Assembly: GCA_041640595.1 (NCBI GenBank)
Contig: JBEPZY010000003.1
Span: 572,342 to 636,341, forward strand
Length of the DNA stretch: 64,000 nt
Source: Gemmatales bacterium
Lineage (GTDB): Bacteria > Planctomycetota > Planctomycetia > Gemmatales > HRBIN36
Reading direction: 5' to 3'
The notes beneath the pieces were generated by a model. The model worked only from the letters and a program-made list of their open reading frames with translations, ran no database searches and had not been told where the DNA came from. Below, piece after piece: positions 1 through 11,295 of this stretch. The number at the start of each line of letters is the position of its first letter. The stretch's first letter is position 1. Both the position numbers and the translations under genes were made by a program.

Positions 1-2
1 TC

Positions 3-3000
3 TACGCGGAAGCTGAAGCAGCCGCATCGCTTTACCATCCCAATATCGTGGCCATTTACGAGATCGGCTGCGATCGGGGCTTGCATTTTTACGCGATGCG
101 TTATGTGGAGGGTGGTTGCCTGGCCGAACATCTCAACAGTTACCAGGGGCGCTGGCGAGAAATAGCCGACCTCATGGCGAAGGTAGCGCGTGCCGTCGAG
201 CATGCCCATCGGCACGGTGTGTTGCACCGCGATCTGAAACCGGCCAACATTCTGCTGGATGCCGAAAGGCAACCTGTCGTGTCGGACTTCGGGCTGTGTC
301 AACGACAGACGGGAAGCAAAACGGAAGCGAACGCGGATGGCCAATCCGCTCAGCCGGACGAAACGGGCTGCCTGGTGGGCACGCCGTTATACCTGGCTCC
401 GGAATTGGTACAGGGGCGAGAACCGGCCAGTGTGGCCAGCGATGTTTACAGTCTGGGAGCGATCCTGTATGAGTTACTCACCGGCCAGCCGCCATTTCCC
501 GGAGACAATGTCGCCGAGGTGTTGACGGCCATTGTTACGACGCAGCCGAAACCACCGTCGTTCTGGCGTCGGGATGTGCCCCGGGATCTGGAAGCGATTT
601 GCTGCAAGTGCCTGGAAAAAAACCCGGCGAAGCGGTACGCATCAGCGGGAGCGCTGGCGCAGGACCTGGAACGCTTCCTGTCTGGTGAGCCGGTTCTGGC
701 GCGTCGCATCAAGCGGGCCGAACGGTTCTGGCGATGGTGCGTTCGGAATCCGGTGGCGGCATTGCTGACGCTCGCAGCCGCCGTGACCGGCACGCTGGCC
801 GTAGTGGGTGTGCTGGTGATATCTATGCTGACGACCTGGCGGGAAAAACAGGCCGCGGAGCGGTTGCAGTCACTCTACCAGCAGACCCTGACCGCCAAAG
901 AAGAGGCAGATCGGCAGCGGCAACGCACTGCGCAGCTGCTGCGCGATAGCGAGATGCAGCGGCGTCAAAGTCAACAAGAACTGGCCGACCTGGCACTGGA
1001 GCGTGCCGCTGTGGCACTTCGCAAAGGGAATGTCTCGGCAGGTTTGCTCTGGCTGGTTCGCGCTTTGAGTCTGGTGCCTGCGGAGGACGAACCGCGGAAC
1101 CAGCGGATCCGCACGATGCTGGCCGGCTGGTCGGGAGCGGCCCACCGCCTGGTTTTTTACGCTCATCTTCCAGATAACTGGCGAAGCCTGCATTTACATC
1201 CGAGCCAGGAAGAATGTTTCGGCGTCAACGACACCGGTCGGGCCTATCGCTGGCCGTATCGGCAAGAGAAACATCCCATACCGATATGCTGCACGCCTCT
1301 GAACCTGCGGGACCTGTGCTGCGTGGATGGCGGGCGAGGTCTGTTAGCTTGGCACGAACATGGCTGGCAATTGTGGAACGATAGCGGCGACCAGATTCTG
1401 GTGGAATGGAGCAGTCAGATTCCTTTGCGATGCTGGGCGGTGAGCACTTGTGGTCTCACCTGGGTAGCGCAAACGCAAAGCAACGAACTTTGCCTGTGGA
1501 AGGTGATATCCGGTTCAATGCCGAAATTGGTGCGGCAATGGCAAATGCCTGAAGCTGCGGACTTGCTGCAATGCAGCGATGATGGCCGCATCGTCGTTGC
1601 ACGGACACGCCGCGGAACCTGGATTCTGGACTCGGAAACGCCAGCTACGCCGGAAAGAGTGGTTTTGCCTCACAGGCCGCCAGCGCTGGCTATGGCAGGT
1701 GAGGGAAAGCGAATCGTTTGGGTGAGCTACGACAGGGTCATCCGCGCCAGCGACGTACATGCGCCCGAAAAAGTGCAGACCGTAGCTTTTGCAGCAGGGC
1801 CGATCCGGAGTCTGGCGGTCAGCGCAGATGGTCGGGTGGTGGTCGCGGTGAATAACCACGACTGGCGGGTGCAGATTGTGGATATGCAAACGCGGCGGCA
1901 AATTGGCCAGCCGACTTACGGCAATGGAACGGTCGTTTCCGTAGCCCTGACGCCCAACGCTCGCCGACTGGCAGTGCTCAGGAACACAGGTGAACTCCGC
2001 ATCTGGGAATTAGTGCAGCCCGATGAAAAACCTCTGCATGAATTGCCCGAACCTGTGGGACAGGCAGAACTTAGCGAGGATGGTTCCTGGCTGGTAGCGG
2101 CGAACGAGCAGGCGGTGCGATTGTATCGCCGCGATTCCACGCAGTGGGAAGCACACTGGCAGTTGCCGGTGGCCTCTCCGATACAGCGCCTGGGCATCAG
2201 TTCAGACGGGCGACTGGTTATGGTCGCGCATCGCCAGGGCGAAGTGGTGCTAATGCCGACGCGTTCGTCCGCTGAGGTGATTGCCCAGGTCAACCACGGT
2301 AAGTCGCTCAAGAACGCGGTGCTCGACCCTACCGGTCGCTGGCTCGCCACGGCCGGCGAAGATCATCAGGTGGCTATCTGGGACATCCGCTTGCAGCAAC
2401 TGCTCGGGCCGCGCTGGCAATTGCATGTACCGATAACCGCGCTGGCCTGGAGTCCGGACGGTATGTCCCTGACAGTGGGGCTGGCTACGGGCGAGATCGC
2501 TTACGGGAAAATTAGCGTCCCGTTGGAACCGCCCCAGCGCTGGCCCGCGCATTTGGCTCCGGTACGGGCAATCGCTTTCATCCAGCCGGAAAGGTGGTTG
2601 TTGACAGGCGGAGCAGATGGCAAACTCCTTTTATGGGATTGCGAACGGCGCAAGTCCCTGGCCAGCCCCAATATCAACCTGCAAGCCATTACGAAGATGG
2701 CCGTGAGCAGGGACGGTCGGCTCATTTTCGCTGCCGGCAGCGACTTCAGCGGTCTGCTGCTCAGACGAGCAGCAAGTGAGGATCAGACATCAACAGTCCC
2801 GGCAAACGGAAGTTACCGCTTCCTGCACGAACCGCCTTGCAGCGAAGTGGTAGCCGCTTCGTTCTCACCCCAGGGCGAGTTTCTGGCCGTTGCGTATGCT
2901 GACGGCAGCCTGGAAGTCTGGGACACGCAAACCGGGTATCGCTTGCTGCCCACCCGAGTGGTGCCGTCGCGGATTGTGGCACTGGCTTGGCCGAGCAACA

Positions 3001-3212
3001 GCGAACTGGTTGCGGTATGTGCGGACGGAAAAGTGGTGGCCAGGCAAATCCCCACGCCGTTTTCTGCTGATCTCGACACCATCCAGGCCCAGATACGATT
3101 CTTGACCGGTCAGCAACTTGATGCTGGGACAGTTCGCAGCCTCACCCCGGAGCAGTGGCAGGAACTCGCCTGGCAGGTAAGCACTTCCGGTCTCAAGTCG
3201 CCGGCCAGGTAA
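3..3212 (+). CDS. Ser/Thr protein kinase with TM segment and C-terminal WD40 repeats (5' end lies outside the window)
   Basis: Frame is open from base 3 (YAEAEAAASLYHPNIVAIYE). Kinase motifs HRDLKPAN, DFG and APE are present, then a hydrophobic segment and repeated WD-type units (LATAGEDHQVAIWD, LLTGGADGKLLLWD). Confidence 0.92.
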   Translation, partial: YAEAEAAASLYHPNIVAIYEIGCDRGLHFYAMRYVEGGCLAEHLNSYQGRWREIADLMAKVARAVEHAHRHGVLHRDLKPANILLDAERQPVVSDFGLCQRQTGSKTEANADGQSAQPDETGCLVGTPLYLAPELVQGREPASVASDVYSLGAILYELLTGQPPFPGDNVAEVLTAIVTTQPKPPSFWRRDVPRDLEAICCKCLEKNPAKRYASAGALAQDLERFLSGEPVLARRIKRAERFWRWCVRNPVAALLTLAAAVTGTLAVVGVLVISMLTTWREKQAAERLQSLYQQTLTAKEEADRQRQRTAQLLRDSEMQRRQSQQELADLALERAAVALRKGNVSAGLLWLVRALSLVPAEDEPRNQRIRTMLAGWSGAAHRLVFYAHLPDNWRSLHLHPSQEECFGVNDTGRAYRWPYRQEKHPIPICCTPLNLRDLCCVDGGRGLLAWHEHGWQLWNDSGDQILVEWSSQIPLRCWAVSTCGLTWVAQTQSNELCLWKVISGSMPKLVRQWQMPEAADLLQCSDDGRIVVARTRRGTWILDSETPATPERVVLPHRPPALAMAGEGKRIVWVSYDRVIRASDVHAPEKVQTVAFAAGPIRSLAVSADGRVVVAVNNHDWRVQIVDMQTRRQIGQPTYGNGTVVSVALTPNARRLAVLRNTGELRIWELVQPDEKPLHELPEPVGQAELSEDGSWLVAANEQAVRLYRRDSTQWEAHWQLPVASPIQRLGISSDGRLVMVAHRQGEVVLMPTRSSAEVIAQVNHGKSLKNAVLDPTGRWLATAGEDHQVAIWDIRLQQLLGPRWQLHVPITALAWSPDGMSLTVGLATGEIAYGKISVPLEPPQRWPAHLAPVRAIAFIQPERWLLTGGADGKLLLWDCERRKSLASPNINLQAITKMAVSRDGRLIFAAGSDFSGLLLRRAASEDQTSTVPANGSYRFLHEPPCSEVVAASFSPQGEFLAVAYADGSLEVWDTQTGYRLLPTRVVPSRIVALAWPSNSELVAVCADGKVVARQIPTPFSADLDTIQAQIRFLTGQQLDAGTVRSLTPEQWQELAWQVSTSGLKSPAR

Positions 3213-4039
3213 TTGCTCGGTCATGCCCCTGCGTTCGAGCACCCTGGGGAAACCAGCCTGCGCGCCGAGCACTTGGCTAAAGGCGCGGCATCTATCCATG
3301 GGTGACCGTCACGCCTTCCTTTCAGGTCTATCCAGCCAGAGAGCCAGCATGTGTCCGCACTGTGTCGGCGTATCATTTCCCAGCTTCGGTTTCAGCTTGC
3401 CACAACTCAGGGAAGTCGTTACTCTTATCCGCGGGCGGTCTGATCGTCGCTAATTGGTCCCATGACCAGGTGAACCGTTATTCTGAATCGGCTCCGAAAT
3501 CGGTTTTGCCCAGCGCGACCGCTACCGTGCACATAAGTCAGGCATTTTGCATAAAATCAACTTGGGCAGCTAACATCGCAAACTGATGGAAAGCTCCCGC
3601 CCAGGCGTAGGGAACTAAGCACCAGAAGCGATAAATTGGCTGCACGGTGTGGCCGTCGCAGGTAAGGATACCGGAGCTGGTGCCAACGTCGGCCACGAGC
3701 CTTTTGGCGGGAATTAAAAACTAAGATTGCACCAATCGGAACGAAGCATAGGCAAACTTTTCCGAACCAGACAGCGATACCAGGAGCTTCGCCGGCATGA
3801 AGCGACCTGCCCGGCCGACATAAGCAGTGATCGGCTGCGTTTTAACCGCGGTGCCGGGCCAACTTTGGCCGAAAAGCTAGCAGGCGGCCTGATCCCAGCC
3901 GCTGGGCTAAGATTATCGGGAACCGGTAGCAGCGGCCCGTGACCAGCGGACAGAAGGAGAAGACAAACCCGCGCATGGCCCATTACACTTGGCCAATGGA
4001 CACTGATTGCCGGCTAGCCGGAACGTGAGGAAACAGCAC

Positions 4040-5434
4040 GTGAAGAAACTACTGGCACTCCTGATGGTGGTTGCAGCAGGACTGACAGCAGCGGCGTATT
4101 GGTGGAATCACAGCCGACCTGCATCGCAGACCGTACCTCGCACTGAACCGGTCACCCGCGGGCCGATCATCCGCCGACTCGCCAGCGGTCAGGGGCGATT
4201 TGTCCCCACCCGTATCGTTCCGGTCGTTACCGAAGTAGCGGCCGGCAAAATCGTTGCCATCAATCCCAGGGCGGAACCAGGGCAATTTGTCCAGGCCGGT
4301 GAATGGCTGGCCCGGCTCGACACCACCCAGGCCGAACTGACACTCAAACGCACCGAAGCGGAACTGGCGTCGGCTCAATGGGATTTGGAACAGGCCCGAC
4401 TGCGCCTGCAAGAAGTCGAAACCAAAAAGAACCAGGCCGATTCCGCAGTCCGTTACGCCGAGAAATACCTGCAATCCGTTCAGGGCGTCAATCAGGAACT
4501 GGAAACTAAAGCCAAAGGCCAGCTGGAATTGGCTCGCGAACAGCAAAAGGCGGCCGAACTCGGTTTGAAAGCGGCCCAGGCAGCAGTCCTGGCCGCTGAG
4601 AAAAAGGTGGAAGCCTACCGTGTCGGAGTGGCGGCTGCGCAGAAACAGCTGGACATGTGCACCATCAAGGCTCCGGAAGCCGGGGTCATCCTCGAAAAAC
4701 GTATCGTTCCCGGCCAGCTGATCACGCCGCAGGCGGTGCCTGTTTTATTCGTTTTGACGCCGAATCCCGACGATCTGGAACTGGCCGTCCAGGTCAACGA
4801 ATCCGACATCCCCCAGGTGGAAGAGGGGATGGAAGCGGAGTTCAGCGTGGACGCATTCGCCAGCGAAAATCTGGTCTTTCGCAGCAAAGTGAGCCGTATC
4901 AGTCTGACCCCGACCACACCTGGAATGACTGGACTGCGCTTGCCTATCGGCCCGGTGGAAAGCGGAAACCTGTGGAGCATGCTCAGCGGCATGTCTTCCG
5001 GCCCGGTCAATTACACCGTTACCCTCAAAGATTTCCAATCGCCGCCTCCGCAACAGGGAAGGCCGCGCCGATTCAAGCCCGGCATGACCGCCAACGTGGA
5101 TTTCATTCGCCGCGTAGTGCCTGATGCGGTATTGCGTATTCCCAATGAGGCTTTAAGCTTTCGTCCGCCAGACCTCAAGCCTGAAGAAATGGAGCAAATT
5201 CGGGCTCAGGAGACGGCCACGCGAAAACCGGTCTGGGTGTGGATTCCCAATGGGCGCGGAGGACGCAGGGAGCTGCGCTGGGTAACCATTCATCCCCAGG
5301 CCACCGATGGCAGATACACCCAGATCGAAGAGGGAGGCGATCTTCAAGAAGGCACGCTGGTGGTGGTAGAAATTCCTCCACCGCCAACCAGAACCGGCCT
5401 TTTTGAAACACCGGTGCGAATCGGCCCAAACTAA
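4040..5434 (+). CDS. MacA/HlyD-family periplasmic adaptor of an ABC exporter
   Basis: N-terminal TM anchor, coiled-coil hairpin, IKAPEAGVI lipoyl half-motif, VNESDI and KPGMTA motifs. GTG start after GAGG. Lies upstream of ABC ATPase and permease. Confidence 0.85.
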   Translation: MKKLLALLMVVAAGLTAAAYWWNHSRPASQTVPRTEPVTRGPIIRRLASGQGRFVPTRIVPVVTEVAAGKIVAINPRAEPGQFVQAGEWLARLDTTQAELTLKRTEAELASAQWDLEQARLRLQEVETKKNQADSAVRYAEKYLQSVQGVNQELETKAKGQLELAREQQKAAELGLKAAQAAVLAAEKKVEAYRVGVAAAQKQLDMCTIKAPEAGVILEKRIVPGQLITPQAVPVLFVLTPNPDDLELAVQVNESDIPQVEEGMEAEFSVDAFASENLVFRSKVSRISLTPTTPGMTGLRLPIGPVESGNLWSMLSGMSSGPVNYTVTLKDFQSPPPQQGRPRRFKPGMTANVDFIRRVVPDAVLRIPNEALSFRPPDLKPEEMEQIRAQETATRKPVWVWIPNGRGGRRELRWVTIHPQATDGRYTQIEEGGDLQEGTLVVVEIPPPPTRTGLFETPVRIGPN

Positions 5435-5563
5435 AGGACGGGGCGATAACCAGACTTCTGGAAATGCCGGGCAGCGAACCGCCCAGGGATTATCAGGGCG
5501 GAACACACAGACAGGGATTTTCGGCTGAAGGATAGGCCTTACCAGTAATCGCGAGGGCAATCC

Positions 5564-6352
5564 ATGAGCGACGAACCCGGCCGCCAGCCCCTGATGGTGC
5601 TGGAAGATGTGCACAAGGTTTACGACACCGGTGCGCTGCAGGTCCAGGCGTTGCGCGGAATCAACCTGGAAATTTATCCCGGTGAATTTGTCGCCATCAT
5701 GGGGGCCAGCGGTTCCGGGAAATCCACGTTGATGAACATTATGGGTTGTCTGGACCGGCCGACACGCGGAGTTTACCGATTCGATGGCGAGGATGTGAGC
5801 CAGCTCGACCGCAACCGGCTGGCCTTTTTGCGAAACCGCAAGATCGGGTTTGTGTTCCAGGGTTTCAACCTGCTGAAAAGGCAGACGGCTCTGGAGAATG
5901 TCGAACTGCCCCTGATCTATGCCGGGGTGCCTGCCCGCGAACGCCGACAGCGGGCTTTGGAGATGCTGGCTCTGGTCGGCCTGCAGGATCGTGCCCATCA
6001 CCTGCCGAACCAGCTTTCCGGAGGTCAGCAGCAACGAGTGGCGATCGCCCGCGCCCTGATCAATCATCCTCAGGTCATCCTCGCGGACGAGCCGACCGGC
6101 AACCTCGATAGCCGCACCAGCCAGGAAATTATGGCGGAATTTCAGCGACTCAACCAGGAATTGCAGCAGACTATCGTCCTGGTAACGCACGAACCGGACA
6201 TTGCCGCTCACGCCGGCCGCATCATCCTCATGCGGGATGGCCGCATCGCCAACGACAAGATCAATCCGCGTCCGCGTCAGGCACGTTCCAGTTCGCCCGG
6301 CGAGGCTCTGGCTGAGGATTCGACCTTGCCTCTGGAGGTTCCGAGCGGCTAA
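5564..6352 (+). CDS. ABC transporter ATP-binding protein (MacB/LolD-like)
   Basis: Walker A GASGSGKS, signature [15 protein letters not shown], Walker [12 protein letters not shown]. Confidence 0.95.
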   Translation: MSDEPGRQPLMVLEDVHKVYDTGALQVQALRGINLEIYPGEFVAIMGASGSGKSTLMNIMGCLDRPTRGVYRFDGEDVSQLDRNRLAFLRNRKIGFVFQGFNLLKRQTALENVELPLIYAGVPARERRQRALEMLALVGLQDRAHHLPNQLSGGQQQRVAIARALINHPQVILADEPTGNLDSRTSQEIMAEFQRLNQELQQTIVLVTHEPDIAAHAGRIILMRDGRIANDKINPRPRQARSSSPGEALAEDSTLPLEVPSG

Positions 6353-6462
6353 TCCAATCCCGCCAAGGGCGGAATGCCGATGTCGCCTGGATGTCGGTGC
6401 CCGCCGCGCTAACGCTGCAGGCCATTTTTCCAATCACCAATATCGGAGCCTTATCGAGCACC

Positions 6463-7683
6463 ATGAGTCTTGCCAGTGCCATTCGCATTGCCCTGGATGC
6501 TCTGCTGGTCAATAAAGGGCGGTCGTTGCTGACCAGTCTGGGGATTGTGATCGGCATCGCCGCTGTCATCGCTATGGTGGCGGCTGGCAGCGGGGCCCGC
6601 GAAAAACTCGACGAACGACTCAGCAGCGTCGGCAAAACCCTGATTCTAATCCGCGCCACCACCCGCAGCTCCGTCGGGTTGATGACGCTGGCCCAGCCGT
6701 TTTCGCCCAGGGATGTTCAGGCGCTGAGGGAGGACGCCAAACTGCGGCAGTGGCTGATCGGCCTATCTGAATCGCAATTTGAATTGGTATCGGCTTCGAC
6801 GGCCACCGCAGTTTGCCACACCACCGCCACGGGCGGCACACCGGAAATCAAGGAGGTTCGCGGTTGGCGCCTCGCTCTGGGACGGTTTTACTCTGACGCG
6901 GATGTCAAAAAGGCGGCGACCGTGTGTGTCCTGGGCGAGACAGTTCGCAGGAAACTCTTTCCGCAGATCAGCAATCCCGTCGGCCAGACCATCCGAGTTC
7001 AAGGGACAACTATGCAGGTGATCGGAGTAATGGCTCCGAAAGGCCGAGCCCCTACCGGAGCCGACCAGGACGACCAGATTTTCGTCCCGATCACTACCCT
7101 GCAGGAAAAAATCGCCCACAACCGCAACGTGACCGTGATCGTAACTGCGGCCCGCGACCCGGCCTATCTGGCACTCGCAGAAGAACGCATCCGGGAAGTC
7201 CTGCGACAAACGCGGCAAATTCGTCCTGGTATGGACGACAACTTCGAGGTGACCAGCGTGCAGGAAATGGCTCAGCTAGCCGTTTTCCTCACCACCACGC
7301 TCAATATCCTGATCGTGGTCATCGCTTCCATTTCCCTGGTCGTTGGTGGAATCGGCATCATGAATATCATGCTGGTTTCGGTCACCGAGCGCACGCGGGA
7401 GATCGGCATCCGCATGGCCGTGGGCGCTCGCCCGAAAGACATCCGCAACCAGTTCTTGATCGAAGCCGTAGTCCTGGCACTGATGGGTGGGCTGGTGGGC
7501 GTGCTGGTGGGTATGGGGTTAGCGTTACTGTTGGGTTTGCTGCTCAACTGGCCGGTCTATATTTCGCCGTTTTACGTGGCGCTGGCCTTCGGCGTGGCCG
7601 CTACCGTGGGCATCTTCTTCGGCTATTACCCTGCCGCCAAAGCCTCGCGCCTCGATCCCATCGAAGCCCTGCGGTATGAATGA
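6463..7683 (+). CDS. MacB-like ABC transporter permease (FtsX family)
   Basis: RSLLTSLGIVIGIAAVIAM, GGIGIMNIMLVSVTERTREIGIR and C-terminal LDPIEALRYE. Confidence 0.93.
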   Translation: MSLASAIRIALDALLVNKGRSLLTSLGIVIGIAAVIAMVAAGSGAREKLDERLSSVGKTLILIRATTRSSVGLMTLAQPFSPRDVQALREDAKLRQWLIGLSESQFELVSASTATAVCHTTATGGTPEIKEVRGWRLALGRFYSDADVKKAATVCVLGETVRRKLFPQISNPVGQTIRVQGTTMQVIGVMAPKGRAPTGADQDDQIFVPITTLQEKIAHNRNVTVIVTAARDPAYLALAEERIREVLRQTRQIRPGMDDNFEVTSVQEMAQLAVFLTTTLNILIVVIASISLVVGGIGIMNIMLVSVTERTREIGIRMAVGARPKDIRNQFLIEAVVLALMGGLVGVLVGMGLALLLGLLLNWPVYISPFYVALAFGVAATVGIFFGYYPAAKASRLDPIEALRYE

Positions 7684-7941
7684 CCCGGCTGCACCAGCTA
7701 CCACCAGCAGGCGACCGTGGTTGGACACCTTGCCTCGCCCGTCTGCGTTCAAATGTGCAATACGCCGGTATACTTCGAGACAGCAAGCCCTACGTGCACG
7801 CCTTCTCGGACCGGCGTTGTCTCCCATAACCTTGCACAGCCTGAACTATCAACGTGAGTTCCTATAGACTTTCCACGTGAGGAGGTGAACCGGGTGTCAG
7901 ACGATCGCGGAGTAGGAACTCGATGCTCTTCGGAGTCTAAC

Positions 7942-8148
7942 ATGCACGACCTGGAACAGTTGATTCACCAGTTACCGGCGGACCTTCACCAGGAGGTTGC
8001 CGATTTCATTGAATTTCTGCTGGAGAAACGGCGGCGAAAAGAGGGTAAACCGTTGCGACAGGACTGGGCCGGCGCTCTGCGCGAATATCGCGACCAGTAC
8101 ACGGCTATGGAGTTACAGAAAAAAGTCCAGGAGTGGCGGGGAGATTAG
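7942..8148 (+). CDS. DUF2281-like antitoxin
   Basis: 68 aa with LPADLHQEVADFIEFLL and QDWAGAL. GGAG RBS. Sits 3 nt upstream of a PIN gene. Confidence 0.75.
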   Translation: MHDLEQLIHQLPADLHQEVADFIEFLLEKRRRKEGKPLRQDWAGALREYRDQYTAMELQKKVQEWRGD

Positions 8149-8151
8149 GGG

Positions 8152-8559
8152 ATGTTTCTGGTGGATACCAACGTTTGGCTGGAAAGCCTCCTGCAGCATC
8201 AAAACGCTCCGGAGGTAAAAGCGTTTCTGGATCATACGCCGTCTCATCTACTCTCTATAACGGACTTCACCTTCCACTCTTTGGGCACAATTTTGACACG
8301 ACTAAAAAAGGCAGACGTTTTGCTGCGGTTTGTTCAAGACCTGTTTGTGGACGGCGTGGTCTTGCTGGTGCGCCTCGGGCCCGAACATATGTCGCGACTG
8401 ATCGAAGTAAGTAGTCAATTCAACCTGGATTTCGATGATGCCAACCAGTATGTGGCCGCTGAACTTCGTGGATTGGTCATCGTTAGCTTTGACGGCGATT
8501 TTGACCGAACTTTACTGGGACGCAAAACCCCCGCGCAAGTGCTTGGTATGAACGCTTGA
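8152..8559 (+). CDS. PIN-domain (VapC-like) toxin
   Basis: 135 aa with the PIN acidic motifs FLVDTNVWL, LDFDDA and SFDGDFD. Confidence 0.88.
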   Translation: MFLVDTNVWLESLLQHQNAPEVKAFLDHTPSHLLSITDFTFHSLGTILTRLKKADVLLRFVQDLFVDGVVLLVRLGPEHMSRLIEVSSQFNLDFDDANQYVAAELRGLVIVSFDGDFDRTLLGRKTPAQVLGMNA

Positions 8560-8723
8560 TTATGCTGGCTGATCACACCCGCGCTGGTTTGCAGTTAGTA
8601 AAGGCAAAGCGTTGCTTGACCAGTGAGGCAGTACATCTAGCCCTCAGGATGACCAACGAGTCACAGGGTCAAATTGCGCGATTGCTATATTGAAAGCAGG
8701 CGAGGCCAACCAACAGGTTCGCC

Positions 8724-9557
8724 ATGATCCGTGCAGTCTTTTTCGATGCTGTGGGTACACTGCTACGGGCCGACCCGCCGGTGCACGAAGTTTATGCCCG
8801 CTTCGCTCGCCGTTACGGTCTGCACCTGAAAGAGACGGAACTGTGCCAGCGATTCCGCGCCGCTTTTGCCCGGCAGCGGTTATATGATCGGCAACACAAC
8901 TGGCGAACCGATGAAGCGCGGGAACGTCAACGCTGGCGTGAAATCGTCCGGGAGGTTTTTCCCGAACTGGCCGACACCGAGCCGCTCTTTTTCGAGTTGT
9001 GGCACCACTTTGCCCGTGCCGATGCCTGGAGCTGTTATCCCGAGGTGGCGGATGTCTTGGAGCGTCTGGCCGCTCGCGGTTACCTTCTGGGCATCGCTTC
9101 TAATTTCGATGGTCGGCTCCGCCAGATTTACCGAAATCTGCCTTGCCTGCGGCAGTGTTCATGGTTGGTGATTAGCAGTGAAATCGGCTGGGTGAAACCA
9201 GCCCGGCCCTTTTTCGATACCGTAGCCCAAACGGCGGGACTGCCGCCGAACGAAATTCTGTATGTCGGCGACGATTATGAGTCAGATTGCCTGCCGGCTC
9301 TGGAGGCCGGATTCCAGGCGGCCTGGCTCCACCGCGACCTTTCCGGCTCAGCCGTGGTTATTGTTACGACTGCCAGCGATAAGGTAACGCCTGGCGAGAC
9401 GGCCTTCGGAGCATCTGGAAATCTGCCAGAGGGCAAGCCCGCCCGTTCGCCCATGCCAGGCACGGATACAATGCCTGCGTCTCCGTACGTGCTGGCCAGC
9501 CTGAACGAACTCCTGACCGTGTTACCGCCATCGGCGAGAGGCTCTGGCTCAGAGTGA
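8724..9557 (+). CDS. HAD-superfamily hydrolase
   Basis: HAD motifs FFDAVGTL, ASNFD, KP and YVGDDYESD. Confidence 0.88.
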   Translation: MIRAVFFDAVGTLLRADPPVHEVYARFARRYGLHLKETELCQRFRAAFARQRLYDRQHNWRTDEARERQRWREIVREVFPELADTEPLFFELWHHFARADAWSCYPEVADVLERLAARGYLLGIASNFDGRLRQIYRNLPCLRQCSWLVISSEIGWVKPARPFFDTVAQTAGLPPNEILYVGDDYESDCLPALEAGFQAAWLHRDLSGSAVVIVTTASDKVTPGETAFGASGNLPEGKPARSPMPGTDTMPASPYVLASLNELLTVLPPSARGSGSE

Positions 9558-9735
9558 CGGATGCCGTTCTGGACAGAGCGAGCTTCGTCTCATAAACCGC
9601 TTGCAAATCATTGGCTGAGCGACAGCAGGGCAAAATTGCACCAGGTTCGGACCTGCCGCCCTGCTTGCCCGCACCGCTGGCCAGAGTCGGTCGAAGCCGA
9701 GCAAGAAAATCGTCCGAACCTGGGCGAGTGGGAAC

Positions 9736-11151
9736 ATGCCTATACGTACCTACGAGGATGCACTGGCTTTCTGGTTTGGCCGGATCAACTACGAGCAGAC
9801 CGGCATGCCGCCGGACTTGCGTGCCTTGAAACTGGAACGGATGCAAGCGTTGATGGATCGGTTGGGTCGGCCCCAGGATCGCTTGCGGATTATTCACATT
9901 GCGGGTAGTAAAGGGAAAGGTTCGACGGCGGCGATGCTGGCGGCAGTTTTGCAAGCCGCCGGGTATCGCACCGGCTTATTCACCTCACCCCATCTATGTC
10001 GCGTCGAGGAGCGGGTGCAGGTCAATGGCCAGTGCATTTCGCCGCAGGAATTGACCATGCTGATGCAGGAGATCGAGATCGCCTGCCAGCAGGTAGAGGC
10101 AGCCGGGCACACCCCGCCAACGTTTTTTGAAATCATCACCGCTCTGAGCTGGTTGCACCTTGTCCGTCGTCGCGTGGACTGGGCGGTGGTCGAAGTCGGG
10201 CTGGGCGGTCGATTCGATTCGACCAACGTTTGCCGACCGCAAGTGGCCGTTATTACCAGCATCAGCCTCGATCACGTGCAGCAACTCGGGCCGACCCTGG
10301 CACACATCGCCCGGGAAAAAGCCGGAATCATCAAGCCCGGCGTGCCGGTGATCAGTGGCGTAACCGAACCCGAACCGGCCGGCGTCATTCGCGCGGTGGC
10401 CCGACAGCAAAACGCTCCGCTTTACGAACTCGGCGTGGATTTCCATTTCCACTACCGTCCCGGCCAGTTTACGCCGCGCTACGTTCGCTGGCCCATTCTG
10501 AGCTACTGGTCCGAGGGAAAAGGGAAAGCGGCATGGCGTAATGGTCGGGTCGGCGTTCGCCGGGAATATTCACTGTCGCTCTGGGGGCGCCATCAAGCGG
10601 CCAACGCGGCGGTAACTCTGGCGGTTGTGGAACGCTTACGCGAACTCGGTTTACCTTTGCCGGACACTGCTGTGGCACGCGGTCTGGCACAGGTACACTG
10701 GCCGGCACGGGTCGAGGTGATTCACACCCAACCGCTGGTCATTCTCGATTGTGCCCACAATCGCGCCTCCGTAGCTGCTTTAGTGCAAACGCTGCGGGAA
10801 AGTTTCTCCTGGCGGCGGTTGATCGTGGTGCTCGGCTGTTCTCGCGACAAAGACATCCCCGGCATGCTGGCCGAACTCGCTCCCGTCACTGATGTCATCC
10901 ACCTGACCCGCTACAGCACCAGCCCGCGCTCAGCCAGTCCGGAGGAACTGCTCGCACTCTGGCCAGGTCCGGCCAAGGCATACACACATGGCCAGGCGGA
11001 ATCGGCCTGGCTGGCCGCACTGGACTCCGCACGTCCGGACGATTTGATTTGCGTCACCGGCTCGGTCTTTCTGGCCGGGGAACTGCGGCAGTGTATTTTC
11101 GCTACGTGTCGCTCCGATTCACCAGCGCCTCTGTCTTCGCCAGGTCGCTGA
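9736..11151 (+). CDS. folC: Bifunctional folylpolyglutamate/dihydrofolate synthase
   Basis: IHIAGSKGKGST, FTSPHL, VEVGLGGRFDSTNV, IAREKAGIIK and LDCAHN motifs. Confidence 0.95.
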   Translation: MPIRTYEDALAFWFGRINYEQTGMPPDLRALKLERMQALMDRLGRPQDRLRIIHIAGSKGKGSTAAMLAAVLQAAGYRTGLFTSPHLCRVEERVQVNGQCISPQELTMLMQEIEIACQQVEAAGHTPPTFFEIITALSWLHLVRRRVDWAVVEVGLGGRFDSTNVCRPQVAVITSISLDHVQQLGPTLAHIAREKAGIIKPGVPVISGVTEPEPAGVIRAVARQQNAPLYELGVDFHFHYRPGQFTPRYVRWPILSYWSEGKGKAAWRNGRVGVRREYSLSLWGRHQAANAAVTLAVVERLRELGLPLPDTAVARGLAQVHWPARVEVIHTQPLVILDCAHNRASVAALVQTLRESFSWRRLIVVLGCSRDKDIPGMLAELAPVTDVIHLTRYSTSPRSASPEELLALWPGPAKAYTHGQAESAWLAALDSARPDDLICVTGSVFLAGELRQCIFATCRSDSPAPLSSPGR

Positions 11152-11295
11152 AAGCCAATCCAGCAGCTACCCGGAGTGCCGAAGGCGAAAAGCCCCATTT
11201 CGCCATTGCCTTTCGCTAGCGTGAGCGGAGCTGCCGTGTTAAACTTTGCCGGGACACAGCAGCAGTCGCCTTATGGACATCTGCAGGAGCAAGCC

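Noticed and set aside
3619..3696. Two crossing 7-bp inverted repeats (GCACCAG/CTGGTGC and GTGGCCG/CGGCCAC) upstream of the ABC exporter, as a possible pseudoknot or riboswitch
   Set aside because: Short GC-rich stems are expected by chance in an 800-bp gap, and no known riboswitch consensus was recognised.
5153..6433. 426-aa minus-strand ORF
   Set aside because: Antisense shadow of the ABC ATPase gene.
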